This document shows, piece by piece, positions 51,014 through 60,670 of a stretch of 64,000 nucleotides of DNA. The stretch covers positions 76,155 through 140,154 of the forward strand of contig DHXV01000002.1 of the NCBI GenBank assembly GCA_002415345.1. Direction: 5' to 3'. Both the position numbers and the translations under genes were made by a program. The number at the start of each line of letters is the position of its first letter. Position 1 is the first letter of the stretch. Source of the stretch: Patescibacteria group bacterium UBA5147 (GTDB lineage: Bacteria; Patescibacteriota; Saccharimonadia; UBA4664). The notes under the pieces were generated by a model. The model was not told the origin of the DNA. It did not search any database and was given only the letters and a program-made list of their open reading frames with translations.

Positions 51014-53173
51014 ATGACAATGCTAGCGGGTGACTCAGCGGATGAGGCAAATCGACCTCGACCACGTACGCTTCAAGGAAGAATCAACCAGGCCATCGGA
51101 CTGACAAAAGTCTTCTCCCTCGAGGAGATGACCGAATTTCACTCCGAAGCCATCCTGTTTGCGCTGCAACAGCGCGAAGAGGCGGCCAGGAACGAGCTCG
51201 GTAGTGCGACCTTTAACGGGCCGGCTGTCGTTGCGACTTTTTCGCCCAAGGGCGGGCCGGGTAAAACGACCATTGGTGCTGGCGAAGCCATCACCTGGAG
51301 TACAGCTCGGCGCCGCGACCGCGCGGTCGTCATCGGAGCCGACTCCAACGCCGGCACACTCAGCGTCAAGATGGGGCAGACAAAGGGTTGGTCACTCCAG
51401 ATGCTTGCCGATAAGCACGACGACATCGACTCCTATGAGAAACTCATCTGGGCCTTCGGGTTCCAGGGCGAGGGTGTCATGGTGGTCGCATCCGACCCGA
51501 GCGCCGAACGCGACAATGAGAACGCCACCGACTTCAAGAAGGTGGTTAATCATCTCTCCACCTATCTCAACGTTTTCAAGATCGACTGTGGAATTGATTT
51601 CAATAATCCGCTCACGCAGTCGGTGCTTGAAGCCACGGATATCCTCGTTCTTGTGACCGATCCCACCCGGGACTGTCTCACGACGATCGACGAACTCGTT
51701 CGCAAGCAGGGTAACGCCCCCATGTTTGGTCCGCTCATGGCAAATGGCATCCTCGTGATCAACAAGGTCAAGGATGACACACCATACCTTGACCGCATCA
51801 TCGCTCGCTACGAGCGGTTCTTCTCTCGGATCCTCATCGTCAACTACGACCGCCAGCTCGACACCGGCGGCGAAATCGTCATGGAGGACCTGGATTACGA
51901 GACCCGCGTCCAGTTCACCGAGCTGTCGGCGGCAATCGCCGGTTGTCTCTCGCGCGTTCGGCCACAGCGGCCGGAGGACCAGCTTGAGGTACCGGAGATT
52001 GACTCGAACCTTGCATGGCTTACCGCTCCGGAGACGCAGCCCTATGGCCTCGCTCCGCTCGACGGTGAGGATTTTGACTGGAGTCAGAAAAAGACTCCGG
52101 TGACCGTTCACGCACAGGTCACGTCAGCACAGCTCCACAACCCCGTCTTGGTTGGTGACCCTGGTCACCACTCAATGCGTTTCGGCGGAGTTGTGAGGAT
52201 CACCAAGGCAGCAACCATTGCCGCCATCGGTGCGGCCGGGCTTGGGGGAATATTCCCAACGGTCGCCATTGCCGACTCTGGCAGCGGACAGCCACTCTCA
52301 TCGGTTTCGGACGGTGCATCGAATGACGGAGCCTCGACAAGTGTCGAGACGCCGCCGTCTGTGGCCCCCGAGGCTCCAGCAGCTCCTGCGGGTGATACCG
52401 CTGTCAAGGTGCAAAGCGGCGCTGGTGTCACGGCAGATGTCGGTGCTTCGACGAGCGATGTTCCTACAGCGCAGGTTGAAGTACCACCAACGGCCTCTCC
52501 CGTGATTACGGATCCACAGCCTGCAGCAATAGGCGAGAGCCAACGGCATGGCAATCAGGCAACCACGGGCAAGCACAGAAGGCCCATTCCAACAGTTCAA
52601 CCTGAAGCACAGGTTTCAACTAGCCCGCCCCAACAGGTGCAGGCTGAAAGCCCTCGACCAGTAGTTGCCGATCAGGCAGCACCTCAAGTGGTTACTTCAC
52701 ATCCATCAGCCGCCTCACATCCGTCAACGACGGTTACGGGCACAACAGCCGATGGAGTCTCTCCGAAGTCACCGGTGTACCAAGCACCTGTTCAGGCGCA
52801 ACGTATCCATAACGAGGCTCAAGCCGCACCTCGCGTCTACTCGTCAACCGGCAAGCCGCAGGCATCCGCCAATGTGGCCGTTAGTTCCACCGAGAAATCG
52901 GCGACCGGCATATCGCAGTCCAACGAGCCAGCCAGCTCCGCGGCACCCGAATCACCGATGGTCGGCACTGTCTTCGTTACCAACGGGGACTCTCTTTGGA
53001 AAATTGCCGAAGATGCGCTTACGGTGCATCTGAGCAGGCAGCCTACGAATCATGAGATCGACCTCTACTGGCACCAGATTTATCAGGTGCCGGCAAACCA
53101 TGAGGTTATTGGCGGAAACGACGATTTGATCCTTCCCGGACAACGTCTGGAGCTGCCGGCTTTCCATTCCTGA
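51014..53173 (+). CDS. ParA/MinD-like P-loop ATPase - TM helix - Pro/Ser/Thr-rich linker - C-terminal LysM domain protein
   Basis: 719 aa; deviant Walker A FSPKGGPGKTT; one TM (ITKAATIAAIGAAGLGGIFPTVAIA) around residue 400; ~250-aa low-complexity linker; C-terminal LysM (GDSLWKIAE...IYQVPANHEVIGGNDDLILPGQRLELP). Confidence 0.55.
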   Translation: MTMLAGDSADEANRPRPRTLQGRINQAIGLTKVFSLEEMTEFHSEAILFALQQREEAARNELGSATFNGPAVVATFSPKGGPGKTTIGAGEAITWSTARRRDRAVVIGADSNAGTLSVKMGQTKGWSLQMLADKHDDIDSYEKLIWAFGFQGEGVMVVASDPSAERDNENATDFKKVVNHLSTYLNVFKIDCGIDFNNPLTQSVLEATDILVLVTDPTRDCLTTIDELVRKQGNAPMFGPLMANGILVINKVKDDTPYLDRIIARYERFFSRILIVNYDRQLDTGGEIVMEDLDYETRVQFTELSAAIAGCLSRVRPQRPEDQLEVPEIDSNLAWLTAPETQPYGLAPLDGEDFDWSQKKTPVTVHAQVTSAQLHNPVLVGDPGHHSMRFGGVVRITKAATIAAIGAAGLGGIFPTVAIADSGSGQPLSSVSDGASNDGASTSVETPPSVAPEAPAAPAGDTAVKVQSGAGVTADVGASTSDVPTAQVEVPPTASPVITDPQPAAIGESQRHGNQATTGKHRRPIPTVQPEAQVSTSPPQQVQAESPRPVVADQAAPQVVTSHPSAASHPSTTVTGTTADGVSPKSPVYQAPVQAQRIHNEAQAAPRVYSSTGKPQASANVAVSSTEKSATGISQSNEPASSAAPESPMVGTVFVTNGDSLWKIAEDALTVHLSRQPTNHEIDLYWHQIYQVPANHEVIGGNDDLILPGQRLELPAFHS

Positions 53174-53184
53174 CAACCGCTTTT

Positions 53185-53218
53185 ATCCCTCCGGGTCCAG
53201 CAATGGACCCGGAGGGAT
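53185..53218 (+). terminator. 15-bp perfect hairpin after the ParA-LysM gene
   Basis: ATCCCTCCGGGTCCA-gcaa-TGGACCCGGAGGGAT, 12 nt after the stop; no clean U-tract. Confidence 0.5.
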
Positions 53219-53351
53219 ACCAACTTTATCCGACTCAAGTACAGTCTAGTTTTTGAGCCGGGTCGTGTTGAAAGATACTGGCCCCTATTGCAGTAAATCT
53301 GCAAGTTCTTTTCCAATTGAATCGATACAACAACGAGAAGAGGTTATTCTT

Positions 53352-54380
53352 ATGCGCTTTCCAAGCCGTAAGCGCTTCGCGCCCAGAAATGGGGGGAGCC
53401 CTCAGTTTCCAACTTCCAAGCTCCGCGCCGAAGGCGCGAGCGTTTGGATGGCCATCCGACTGCATCACATACTTCGCTACTTGCTAGCTGGCATCATTGG
53501 TGCTGCTCTTGTGGGTACGCCACTGCTTGTTAATGCAGCCCAGATACGTAGCGATAACACCAAAACAGCTAGTGAAAACGCTGTGAGGGACTCGCGTCTA
53601 AATAGTCGCATCGATGCATTTGCAGCTAGTTGCGAGGGCAAAGGAACGTGTAAAACGTTCCCGTTCACGCGAGCGTTGCAGGTCACACAGCTCTACGCCA
53701 TTACCTGCTTTAACTACAGTGCTCAGAGCCCCACCGACGATCAGCCCATTCGGCTGAAGGCGGTGCCGGGCGCGGGCGCAAGCTGTGGGTGGGGCGGGGA
53801 CGGAAGCTCGACAACCGTCGCCGTGGTGCCGGACTCCAGCTACCAGCTGGGTGTTCCAACCGCTGACGGAAAGGCACAGGACGCCTCCGTTGGTATTACC
53901 GGTGTCAGCGTTCTGCTGGCCGGCCAACAGGACGTTCTGAGTTACGTTGTTCCGCTCAAGACGACGCCATCCGGTGTCGTGATTGCATCACCAGGAGCAT
54001 TTTACTCCACACCACCGAACACACTCATACGCAGTTGTTCGCCCGACACCGTCTTCAGTGATAGTGAGGGAATTCAGAAGCGTCTCCAGCAAATGGAGGC
54101 TGGTCGTGCTCGCACACCCAACATTGATCCTCGCGACTACCTGATGCCGGGGCGTACCATCGGTACGTTCGGTAAGAGTGTCACCAAGATTACTGTGACG
54201 GGAGTTACTGTCTGCCAGGGTTCGTCCGACAACGTACGAACCGTGGTTTCGCAAGAACGTTTCGACGGCCCCACTCTGGGGAGCCACTTTGACTTTTCGC
54301 TCGGGTACGTCCTGCAGCTGATTGATAATAAGTGGTATGTACTCAACTGGGGCCCCGTCTTGAACCAGAGCTCCCTCTAG
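53352..54380 (+). CDS. Membrane-anchored/secreted protein (possible VirB8/TcpC-like NTF2-fold component)
   Basis: Start ATG 53352 with GAGAAGAGG RBS; hydrophobic anchor LLAGIIGAALVGTPLLVNAA; no enzyme motif. Any VirB8 link rests on position and architecture only. Confidence 0.35.
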   Translation: MRFPSRKRFAPRNGGSPQFPTSKLRAEGASVWMAIRLHHILRYLLAGIIGAALVGTPLLVNAAQIRSDNTKTASENAVRDSRLNSRIDAFAASCEGKGTCKTFPFTRALQVTQLYAITCFNYSAQSPTDDQPIRLKAVPGAGASCGWGGDGSSTTVAVVPDSSYQLGVPTADGKAQDASVGITGVSVLLAGQQDVLSYVVPLKTTPSGVVIASPGAFYSTPPNTLIRSCSPDTVFSDSEGIQKRLQQMEAGRARTPNIDPRDYLMPGRTIGTFGKSVTKITVTGVTVCQGSSDNVRTVVSQERFDGPTLGSHFDFSLGYVLQLIDNKWYVLNWGPVLNQSSL

Positions 54381-54398
54381 TCGCCGAAGGAGGCGAAC

Positions 54399-54857
54399 AT
54401 GGGTTACAACGACCCGTCGCTCCCACCGGCGACAACGGAATATGGTTACGGAGTGAACTACAAGGACATTTTTGCTGAGTATCGTCACATCCCTTGGCTC
54501 AATGGGGGATATACCACTTTTCAACTCATGGTCTTTGGTGCTATTCCGGTGTTTCTTGCCGGCGGCCTGACACTTATTGGTTATGTCGTGAGCTTGAAGT
54601 CTGTTTATGCGGGTGGCACGTTCTACGTCATCGCACCGGCCAGCTTCATACTTGGCATGTACCTCAGCGCGCAGCTGGCAATAAGTGTAGGTAAGACCGA
54701 ACGGCATGGAAATACACAAGCACAATACTTGTGGGACAAACTGAAGTACCACTTTGCCTCGCGACACATCGTCAACGGGCATCCGCATTACGACAGCCTG
54801 CATCGCAGGCAGTCAGTTCTTTCCACTCATTCCTCCAAGGAGGCGGCACCACGATGA
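54399..54857 (+). CDS. VirB3-like small membrane protein (2 TM)
   Basis: 152 aa; two TM helices; AAGGAGG RBS; overlaps the start of the VirB4-like ATPase gene, as VirB3/PrgI-like genes do. Confidence 0.35.
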   Translation: MGYNDPSLPPATTEYGYGVNYKDIFAEYRHIPWLNGGYTTFQLMVFGAIPVFLAGGLTLIGYVVSLKSVYAGGTFYVIAPASFILGMYLSAQLAISVGKTERHGNTQAQYLWDKLKYHFASRHIVNGHPHYDSLHRRQSVLSTHSSKEAAPR

Positions 54858-57409
54858 AGTTTTCAAGTCCATTCGGACGAACGAAGTTGTCAGGCAAGCC
54901 GCCCCTCGGGGTACTTGCCGTCGATCGAATCGCCAGCCTAGTGACGCTATTCGGAACCTCATCGCCCATTCGGGATATCGACGGGTGTTTCCTGAAAAGC
55001 GCCAAGGGGCAATGGGAGGCCTGGTTCCGGATCGATCTGATCCGGGCCTATGACCTACTCTCAAGCGGCGAAAAGATGGGCGCATTTGAACGTCACCTCA
55101 AGCTAGTCGAAGAACTGGTCGGAAAAGTAGTTCACCTCGAAATTCTCGGCGTTCCTGTCGGGTATGAAGAGCGTTACCGCCGTTTCCGGCTTCACGAGCT
55201 CGACGATAAGAACCCGCTTCGAGGTGATCCAGAATGGGAGAAGTCTCGCCATGACCGGGTTCATGACATGGCGACCTGGCTACAGGAGAACGGCGACTTC
55301 GAGTCCCGAGCCTACCTTGGCATTTCTGTTTCGCCGTCGCCAGTCAATCGTCTATCGGCAGAGGCTTTCGCGCAGCTGCCGTTGGACGAACGATTCGGAG
55401 TAAGTTACTACCAGAACAGCCACCTCATCCCCGAGGCAGCACGTCTGCAGTTGTTAATGAAGGCCGCTTGGGGTGGCAAAGTCGACCCCTTGGACCGCGA
55501 CGAACTGGATGTCCTGCTGTCTCTTACTAACTGGCCGGGGCAACCGCAGATATTTGCGCCTGATCATACGGTCGGAGCTATCGGTGGGAGAGACACAGAA
55601 ATCAGCCACTATGGCAGCAGTAACTACAAAGTGGCGGCGCCGGGGGTACTTGAGTTTGAATATCTCGGCACCCCGTCCTTCGCCAGCTTCGTTCCATTGG
55701 TAATTGCAACTGCCCGGGAGTTTTTGCCAGAGACCGAAGAGGAGTTCGCCTTCTGTACCGACGGTGCGGGCAGGCGGCTTCGAATCAGTTGGCGATTCAA
55801 AGTGTGGAAGGGTCTGGATCTTCTCAATTTTGCCCGTAAAACTGCTCGACGGAACGCTAACCATCAGGTATACCTCGGTGAAAACGAGGGACAAATGGTG
55901 GATCTCGATACGGCTGTGGCATCAGCTCAGTCATTCTACAAGCACCTGCTCGATGACGGCATCGCCATCGTCGGCCCGTGCGTGTTGGTGGTAACCGGAG
56001 ATAGCGTCAAATCGGTACAGCAGGAAGTCCGAAATCAGGCCAACAGCCTGAAGAGGAAGGCTCACCTGGTAATCGATGCCGAAGAGTATCAGCAGGCGCT
56101 TTACGAGCACTGCCGTCCAGGTTCAGCCAGGTATCTCAACCGTTTCGTGCAGTATCTCATCCCAGAGGCCTTTGCTCGAGGTATGGCGTTCGTAACGTCA
56201 GCGCCACGGACGATGGGGCCCGATTTACTGGGATGGGTACGTGGGCGAGAGGGCGTCCCTTATACAGGGGGATACGACTTGGCAACTCTCCTTCCCGGCA
56301 CCAACGTATCGCCCACGAATTTGTGGTGCGGTCCTTCGGGAGGCGGGAAAACCACTTCAATCACCGATCAGTTGATTGCGCTCGTCGAGCGGGCAGGGTA
56401 TGTCGGCTTCATTTTCGAGCTTCTCAAAGACGACACCCGTCGTCTACTCGGACGCACGCCCTTAGGCATCACCGTCAGGGCATTTACTCTCGAGAATCAC
56501 CCTGGCCTGCTCAATCCGGCCGGATTCGCTACGATTCCTTCCGAGCGCGTGGATTGCATGAGCGACTTTTTGAAAGCCTGCATCGGCACCATTCGCTGGC
56601 GGGATGAATTTGAAGATCCTTTACGGAGCGCCTGTAAAACGGCAATTCGTGAGGCCGATGAAGCGGGCAACATGAGACCCGATCTCTACCGTGTAGTTGA
56701 GCTCCTCGACGGAGTTAAACTCATCGGATCGCTACTGGAGAAGGTAGCCGGCGACCAAAAAGTTGCTCCGGTTTTCTTTTCCAATCACTACGACCAATCG
56801 CTGATTGATACAATGACCCAGCCGGGTCTGAATATCATCGGCCAGGAGCATTTCAGTATCCCCGATCGTGACAACTTCGCTGATTACACACCGCAGAACT
56901 GGCTGGCACTGGCCGGACTCGACATCGTATCCATGCTTGCACGCAAGGTCGCACATGACCGAGATATTCGCGTGGCGATGGCAACGGTCGAGTTCTGGCG
57001 CACTGCCAGGCTCTCCCGGGGCGCAACCGAAGCGGCCTACATGGGGCGTGTCGGAAGAAGCCTGAATTGTGCTTCCGGCTACGACACTCAATTCCCAGAC
57101 GATGTTGATGAAACCCTGACCAAGCAGGTAACGACTAAGCTGGCATTCTCCGTCATAGGGGCGGAGGAGGTAGAGAAGTCGCTCCATCTGGTTAGTCAGG
57201 AGATTACTCCCAAGTCCATCAGAATGTTTGAGACGATGGCAATGGATACCGAAGACGGAACGGATATCAACAAGGGGACGCACATCGTGCAACTCCCAAC
57301 TCTGGAGACACTCCGTGTCCAGAGCCTGCGCTGGTATTTGCCTGCGGGCAGGACCACCGCATCAGATCTGCCGGAACAAACTCCGGCACCAATCCCCAAG
57401 GAGGGATGA
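54854..57409 (+). CDS. VirB4/TrbE/CagE-family type IV secretion ATPase-like protein
   Basis: Start ATG 54854 with AAGGAGG RBS (ORF-track start 54731 overlaps the previous gene); ~851 aa; Walker A GPSGGGKTT around residue 495; size and context fit VirB4. Confidence 0.5.
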   Translation: MKFSSPFGRTKLSGKPPLGVLAVDRIASLVTLFGTSSPIRDIDGCFLKSAKGQWEAWFRIDLIRAYDLLSSGEKMGAFERHLKLVEELVGKVVHLEILGVPVGYEERYRRFRLHELDDKNPLRGDPEWEKSRHDRVHDMATWLQENGDFESRAYLGISVSPSPVNRLSAEAFAQLPLDERFGVSYYQNSHLIPEAARLQLLMKAAWGGKVDPLDRDELDVLLSLTNWPGQPQIFAPDHTVGAIGGRDTEISHYGSSNYKVAAPGVLEFEYLGTPSFASFVPLVIATAREFLPETEEEFAFCTDGAGRRLRISWRFKVWKGLDLLNFARKTARRNANHQVYLGENEGQMVDLDTAVASAQSFYKHLLDDGIAIVGPCVLVVTGDSVKSVQQEVRNQANSLKRKAHLVIDAEEYQQALYEHCRPGSARYLNRFVQYLIPEAFARGMAFVTSAPRTMGPDLLGWVRGREGVPYTGGYDLATLLPGTNVSPTNLWCGPSGGGKTTSITDQLIALVERAGYVGFIFELLKDDTRRLLGRTPLGITVRAFTLENHPGLLNPAGFATIPSERVDCMSDFLKACIGTIRWRDEFEDPLRSACKTAIREADEAGNMRPDLYRVVELLDGVKLIGSLLEKVAGDQKVAPVFFSNHYDQSLIDTMTQPGLNIIGQEHFSIPDRDNFADYTPQNWLALAGLDIVSMLARKVAHDRDIRVAMATVEFWRTARLSRGATEAAYMGRVGRSLNCASGYDTQFPDDVDETLTKQVTTKLAFSVIGAEEVEKSLHLVSQEITPKSIRMFETMAMDTEDGTDINKGTHIVQLPTLETLRVQSLRWYLPAGRTTASDLPEQTPAPIPKEG

Positions 57410-57645
57410 AAATGGTCAAAAACTCTGTGTTGGCCGCGATCGGTTTGATGATCCTCGTGATTGTTCTGATCGTGATGGTGATCGGTGCAAAATTCTTTTT
57501 CAAGGATCAACAGCACCGAATTGGCGGCACGGTGGTTAACGCCATCTTGCTTGTCGGCTTCGGGATTGTCGGATCTGGTGCGGGGATCGGGGTTCTTGCA
57601 AAAGGTCTCGGCGCCGACTTGAAGATCCCTGGCCTCGGCGGTTAG
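57406..57645 (+). CDS. Small hydrophobic protein (2 TM; possible pilin/VirB2-like or accessory subunit)
   Basis: 79 aa; AAGGAGG RBS; ATGA-coupled to the VirB4-like gene; Gly-rich C-terminus. Confidence 0.35.
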   Translation: MKMVKNSVLAAIGLMILVIVLIVMVIGAKFFFKDQQHRIGGTVVNAILLVGFGIVGSGAGIGVLAKGLGADLKIPGLGG

Positions 57646-57666
57646 TTCGTATCGATTCAACGTCTC

Positions 57667-57701
57667 ACCCCACTCCGGCCGCCATGTGCGGTCGGAGTGG
57701 G
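57667..57701 (+). terminator. 15-bp hairpin (one G-U) after the small TM gene; no U-tract
   Basis: CCCCACTCCGGCCGC-catgt-GCGGTCGGAGTGGGG. Confidence 0.4.
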
Positions 57702-57817
57702 GGCTCAACCAGAGTTCTTATTCTTGTTAATAAGGCCTGTGGTTGAGTCGCTCCGCGTCTCAAGTACCTGTTTACATTCAGACATCGTCTCAAACGATAT
57801 CAAAGGAGCTGATCCGC

Positions 57818-59929
57818 ATGGCCTCCGTACTTAAGTGCCGGGCCATAGCCCGGATCCTCATGACGGCAGTTTTGATGCTAATGTTGTCCTGTTTTGCTTC
57901 AAACGCTCAAGCGGCTACCAACATTACGGGTCCAACCGAGCTCAGTATTACCGCCGCCAAGGCTGATACCTCTACCGTTCAAGTATCATGGAAGCCACCA
58001 CTCGACTTTCTCGGACAGATTACGGCGTACTCCCTTCGGCTAGATGGCAATCAAGTTGCGCAGTTCAAAGTGATAAACGGTCTGCTTCCGAGCACCTATG
58101 TCATTCCGGCCGCGCCGTTCAATCCTGGTGGTGCCGTTACGGTAGTAGCTTTGTCCGGTACGGCGCAAGTTGGCGATCCGTCTAACACGGTAATCCTCAA
58201 CAAGAGTGCGTCTCCGGCGTCACAACCAACTGCCACCCAAGCCACTCCGTCCTCGTCATACCAGGACAATGGGTACGGCGGTGCTCTTCAGTCTCCGCCG
58301 TACGCCGACAAAAATCAGCCGTCACCTCTTGAGGTGTATGGCGCTGGCAGCGGCATCCGTAGCCTCATTACCACCAACAATGACGGCACCCAATGGATCT
58401 CGGCGGGCATGAACGGAACGGCTGGAGCAATTTGGTCGATGGCGGTCCTCCTGCAAATCGCAGGTAGCGCGATCTTCGGCTGGGCGCTCATCAAAAGCAT
58501 TTACGGTGCTCTCATCGGTGCGATCCTCGCACTCCTGAACAGCTTCAACGTGAGCCCTATCTTCGGTGACATCCTGCTCATAGCGGTGGCGGTTACCATG
58601 GCTTGGGGCGCAATCATGATGATTCGGGACGAAGATCGTATCCGTAAGGGTATCGGCACTGCGTTATTGGTGCTCCTCGCAGGTCTCACATTCTTTGGGA
58701 ATGCAGCGTCTTTGGTTCCTCAGGTAGTTGAGATGCCTGTTACGGTCACCCAGTTCGCAATGGCAGAGGTATCCAAATGGGAGGTTCCCGGCGACAAGCC
58801 GGAGGACTATAACCTTAGTGTCAAGCCGACCTACAATGGCAATGAGTTGGAGCAATCCATCCGGCGCTATCTGAACCAAAACTGGCTTCAGACTACTTAC
58901 CCGGCCTATTGCCAGCTGAACTTCGGAAGCGTTGCGTGGTCAACAACCCACATCGTGCCGAACGACAAAGACTTGCCTAAGTATAAGGACCTCACCTTCT
59001 GCGAGTACCTGTTGAAGGCGCAGACGGAGAACAACACCACTGCCCTCGACAAACTGCGCAGCAATGACAGCGCAGGAGGCGTTGTGGGGGCAGCTACTGG
59101 CGGTCTGCTAGGCCACCGTGTGGGATATGTAGAGGCGGCAAGCCCGGAAATCTGGAATAACTACCAAGCCAGTGCTCCGGAAGTGTCGTCGTTGCGAATG
59201 TTGTTCAGCATCGTTGCTTTGGGCTCAAACTTCATTGACTTCGTAATCAAGGCAGGTCTGGGATTGTTTATTTCCCTGACGGTTTTGCTGCTTGGAGTCA
59301 GTACCATCATGCTGGGTTTCATGCTCTTGGCCGCAGTGGCTCCGCCACTTCTCGATTACCTTTTTCAGCACCTCAAAGAGATGCTGGCGAGGACTTGGAA
59401 GCCGGGTCTGGTCATGGCGTTCTTCATGATCGTGGACAAGATCGTATCCATTCTCTTCACCGCCAGCGGTGTTCGCGGATGGCTAATTGAGACAATCCTC
59501 AGGGGCATCACCATGGTGGTGTTGCTCGGGTGGGGGCTCTTTAAGATCTTTAGGGGGCAACGTTCCCACCGCACAATACGCGAGCCCGGAGCGCCGACTC
59601 CGCCGGAGTACTATGACCGGCCAAGCACTCCCGCTTCACCAGGTTATACGGTTCCTCCGTCCCAGCCAGCCCCGGCTGCGTCTCGGCCGGTTCAGGATTG
59701 GGTGAAGGTTCCAAGTTCGCGGCCTACTGCACCGCCGCCGGCCGCCATCGGCGGTCCACGTGTCGTGCAGGGCCGGGTAATCAGCAGTCGGGATTACCCG
59801 GCAATTGGTTCGTCTGTTTCTCCGCGTGGTAGTGCCCAAGCATTACCAAGGTCCCTGCCTCCTGCACCAAGCCGACCCAGCTTAGGGTCGCCACCTGCAA
59901 AGGCGCTTCCGGCGGCTCCTCGCCGCTAA
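57818..59929 (+). CDS. VirB6/TrbL-like polytopic membrane protein with N-terminal FN3-like ectodomain and Pro-rich C-terminal tail
   Basis: Start ATG 57818 with AAAGGAG RBS; signal peptide; ~180-aa extracellular segment; at least 7 TM helices; C-terminal ~130 aa Pro/Ser/Ala-rich. Confidence 0.45.
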   Translation: MASVLKCRAIARILMTAVLMLMLSCFASNAQAATNITGPTELSITAAKADTSTVQVSWKPPLDFLGQITAYSLRLDGNQVAQFKVINGLLPSTYVIPAAPFNPGGAVTVVALSGTAQVGDPSNTVILNKSASPASQPTATQATPSSSYQDNGYGGALQSPPYADKNQPSPLEVYGAGSGIRSLITTNNDGTQWISAGMNGTAGAIWSMAVLLQIAGSAIFGWALIKSIYGALIGAILALLNSFNVSPIFGDILLIAVAVTMAWGAIMMIRDEDRIRKGIGTALLVLLAGLTFFGNAASLVPQVVEMPVTVTQFAMAEVSKWEVPGDKPEDYNLSVKPTYNGNELEQSIRRYLNQNWLQTTYPAYCQLNFGSVAWSTTHIVPNDKDLPKYKDLTFCEYLLKAQTENNTTALDKLRSNDSAGGVVGAATGGLLGHRVGYVEAASPEIWNNYQASAPEVSSLRMLFSIVALGSNFIDFVIKAGLGLFISLTVLLLGVSTIMLGFMLLAAVAPPLLDYLFQHLKEMLARTWKPGLVMAFFMIVDKIVSILFTASGVRGWLIETILRGITMVVLLGWGLFKIFRGQRSHRTIREPGAPTPPEYYDRPSTPASPGYTVPPSQPAPAASRPVQDWVKVPSSRPTAPPPAAIGGPRVVQGRVISSRDYPAIGSSVSPRGSAQALPRSLPPAPSRPSLGSPPAKALPAAPRR

Positions 59930-59941
59930 GTTCGTCCGTTC

Positions 59942-59975
59942 GCTCCACTATGCGTCGCAAGACGCATAGTGGAGC
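59942..59975 (+). terminator. 15-bp perfect hairpin after the VirB6-like gene; no U-tract
   Basis: GCTCCACTATGCGTC-gcaa-GACGCATAGTGGAGC; same GCAA tetraloop as the 53185 hairpin. Confidence 0.4.
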
Positions 59976-60052
59976 CCTAACCCGAGTATTCAATATTGGT
60001 TGAGTCATCGGGCTGGGAAATACCCAGCGATCCTTCACATCTAGGAGCACTA

Positions 60053-60670
60053 ATGACTCATGTCAGACGGCTCCTTATTGGAGCCTGCCTCGTTGCGATA
60101 GTGGCATTTGCTGCCTGGAGAGGAAATCAATTCCAGACAGCACAAGTTACTCCTCGGCAGTCGACGGCATCCAAGGCAAATACGCAAATGCTTCCCCCGG
60201 ATGCAATGTCTCCAGTGCCACTTCCAACGGCGACAAGCGAGGACTATCAACCGGTTGACTGCTCGCGCGTCATCTCCTCAAGTCAGTTGGGGGATATCTA
60301 TTCGGCCGCCAAACTTTACGCAGGCTTCCCATCGGCGAAGCCCGCGAAGCAGGATGCACTTTCGCTAGCCCGATACGTTCTCCCAGGTCCGTTTCTCAAG
60401 AACACTCAAAGCTCATGGTCGAACTCTGGTGCGCCCATTCGCCGTTCAACCGGCGTTAAGGTAATTGAGTGTTCCGCCGGAGACCAATCCAGTCTGATCC
60501 AGCTCCTGTCCGTCATCCTGAGCGTAAACTCCGTCGATACAAGCGGATATGCGAGGATGGATACGGTTTCCTACGACATGTCAGTCGTGCGTACGGCGGG
60601 CCGATATTTAGTTGTCTCCATCGTGCCTAAGGGCATGTATGGAGGTGGCGCAAATGCGGCCCCCAACTAA
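60053..60670 (+). CDS. Membrane-anchored extracytoplasmic protein (hypothetical T4SS accessory)
   Basis: Start ATG 60053 with AGGAG RBS; N-terminal TM LLIGACLVAIVAFAAW; ~180-aa soluble domain. Confidence 0.4.
   Translation: MTHVRRLLIGACLVAIVAFAAWRGNQFQTAQVTPRQSTASKANTQMLPPDAMSPVPLPTATSEDYQPVDCSRVISSSQLGDIYSAAKLYAGFPSAKPAKQDALSLARYVLPGPFLKNTQSSWSNSGAPIRRSTGVKVIECSAGDQSSLIQLLSVILSVNSVDTSGYARMDTVSYDMSVVRTAGRYLVVSIVPKGMYGGGANAAPN

Noticed and set aside
51392-52600. Minus-strand ORFs (51392..52111, 52165..52554, 52298..52600) inside the ParA-LysM gene
   Set aside because: Antisense to a gene with clear Walker A and LysM motifs; low-complexity translations.
54731-54853. Upstream extension of the VirB4-like ORF (ORF-track start 54731)
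   Set aside because: It would overlap the VirB3-like gene by ~125 nt in another frame. The ATG at 54854 has a strong AAGGAGG RBS and gives ATGA coupling with the upstream stop.
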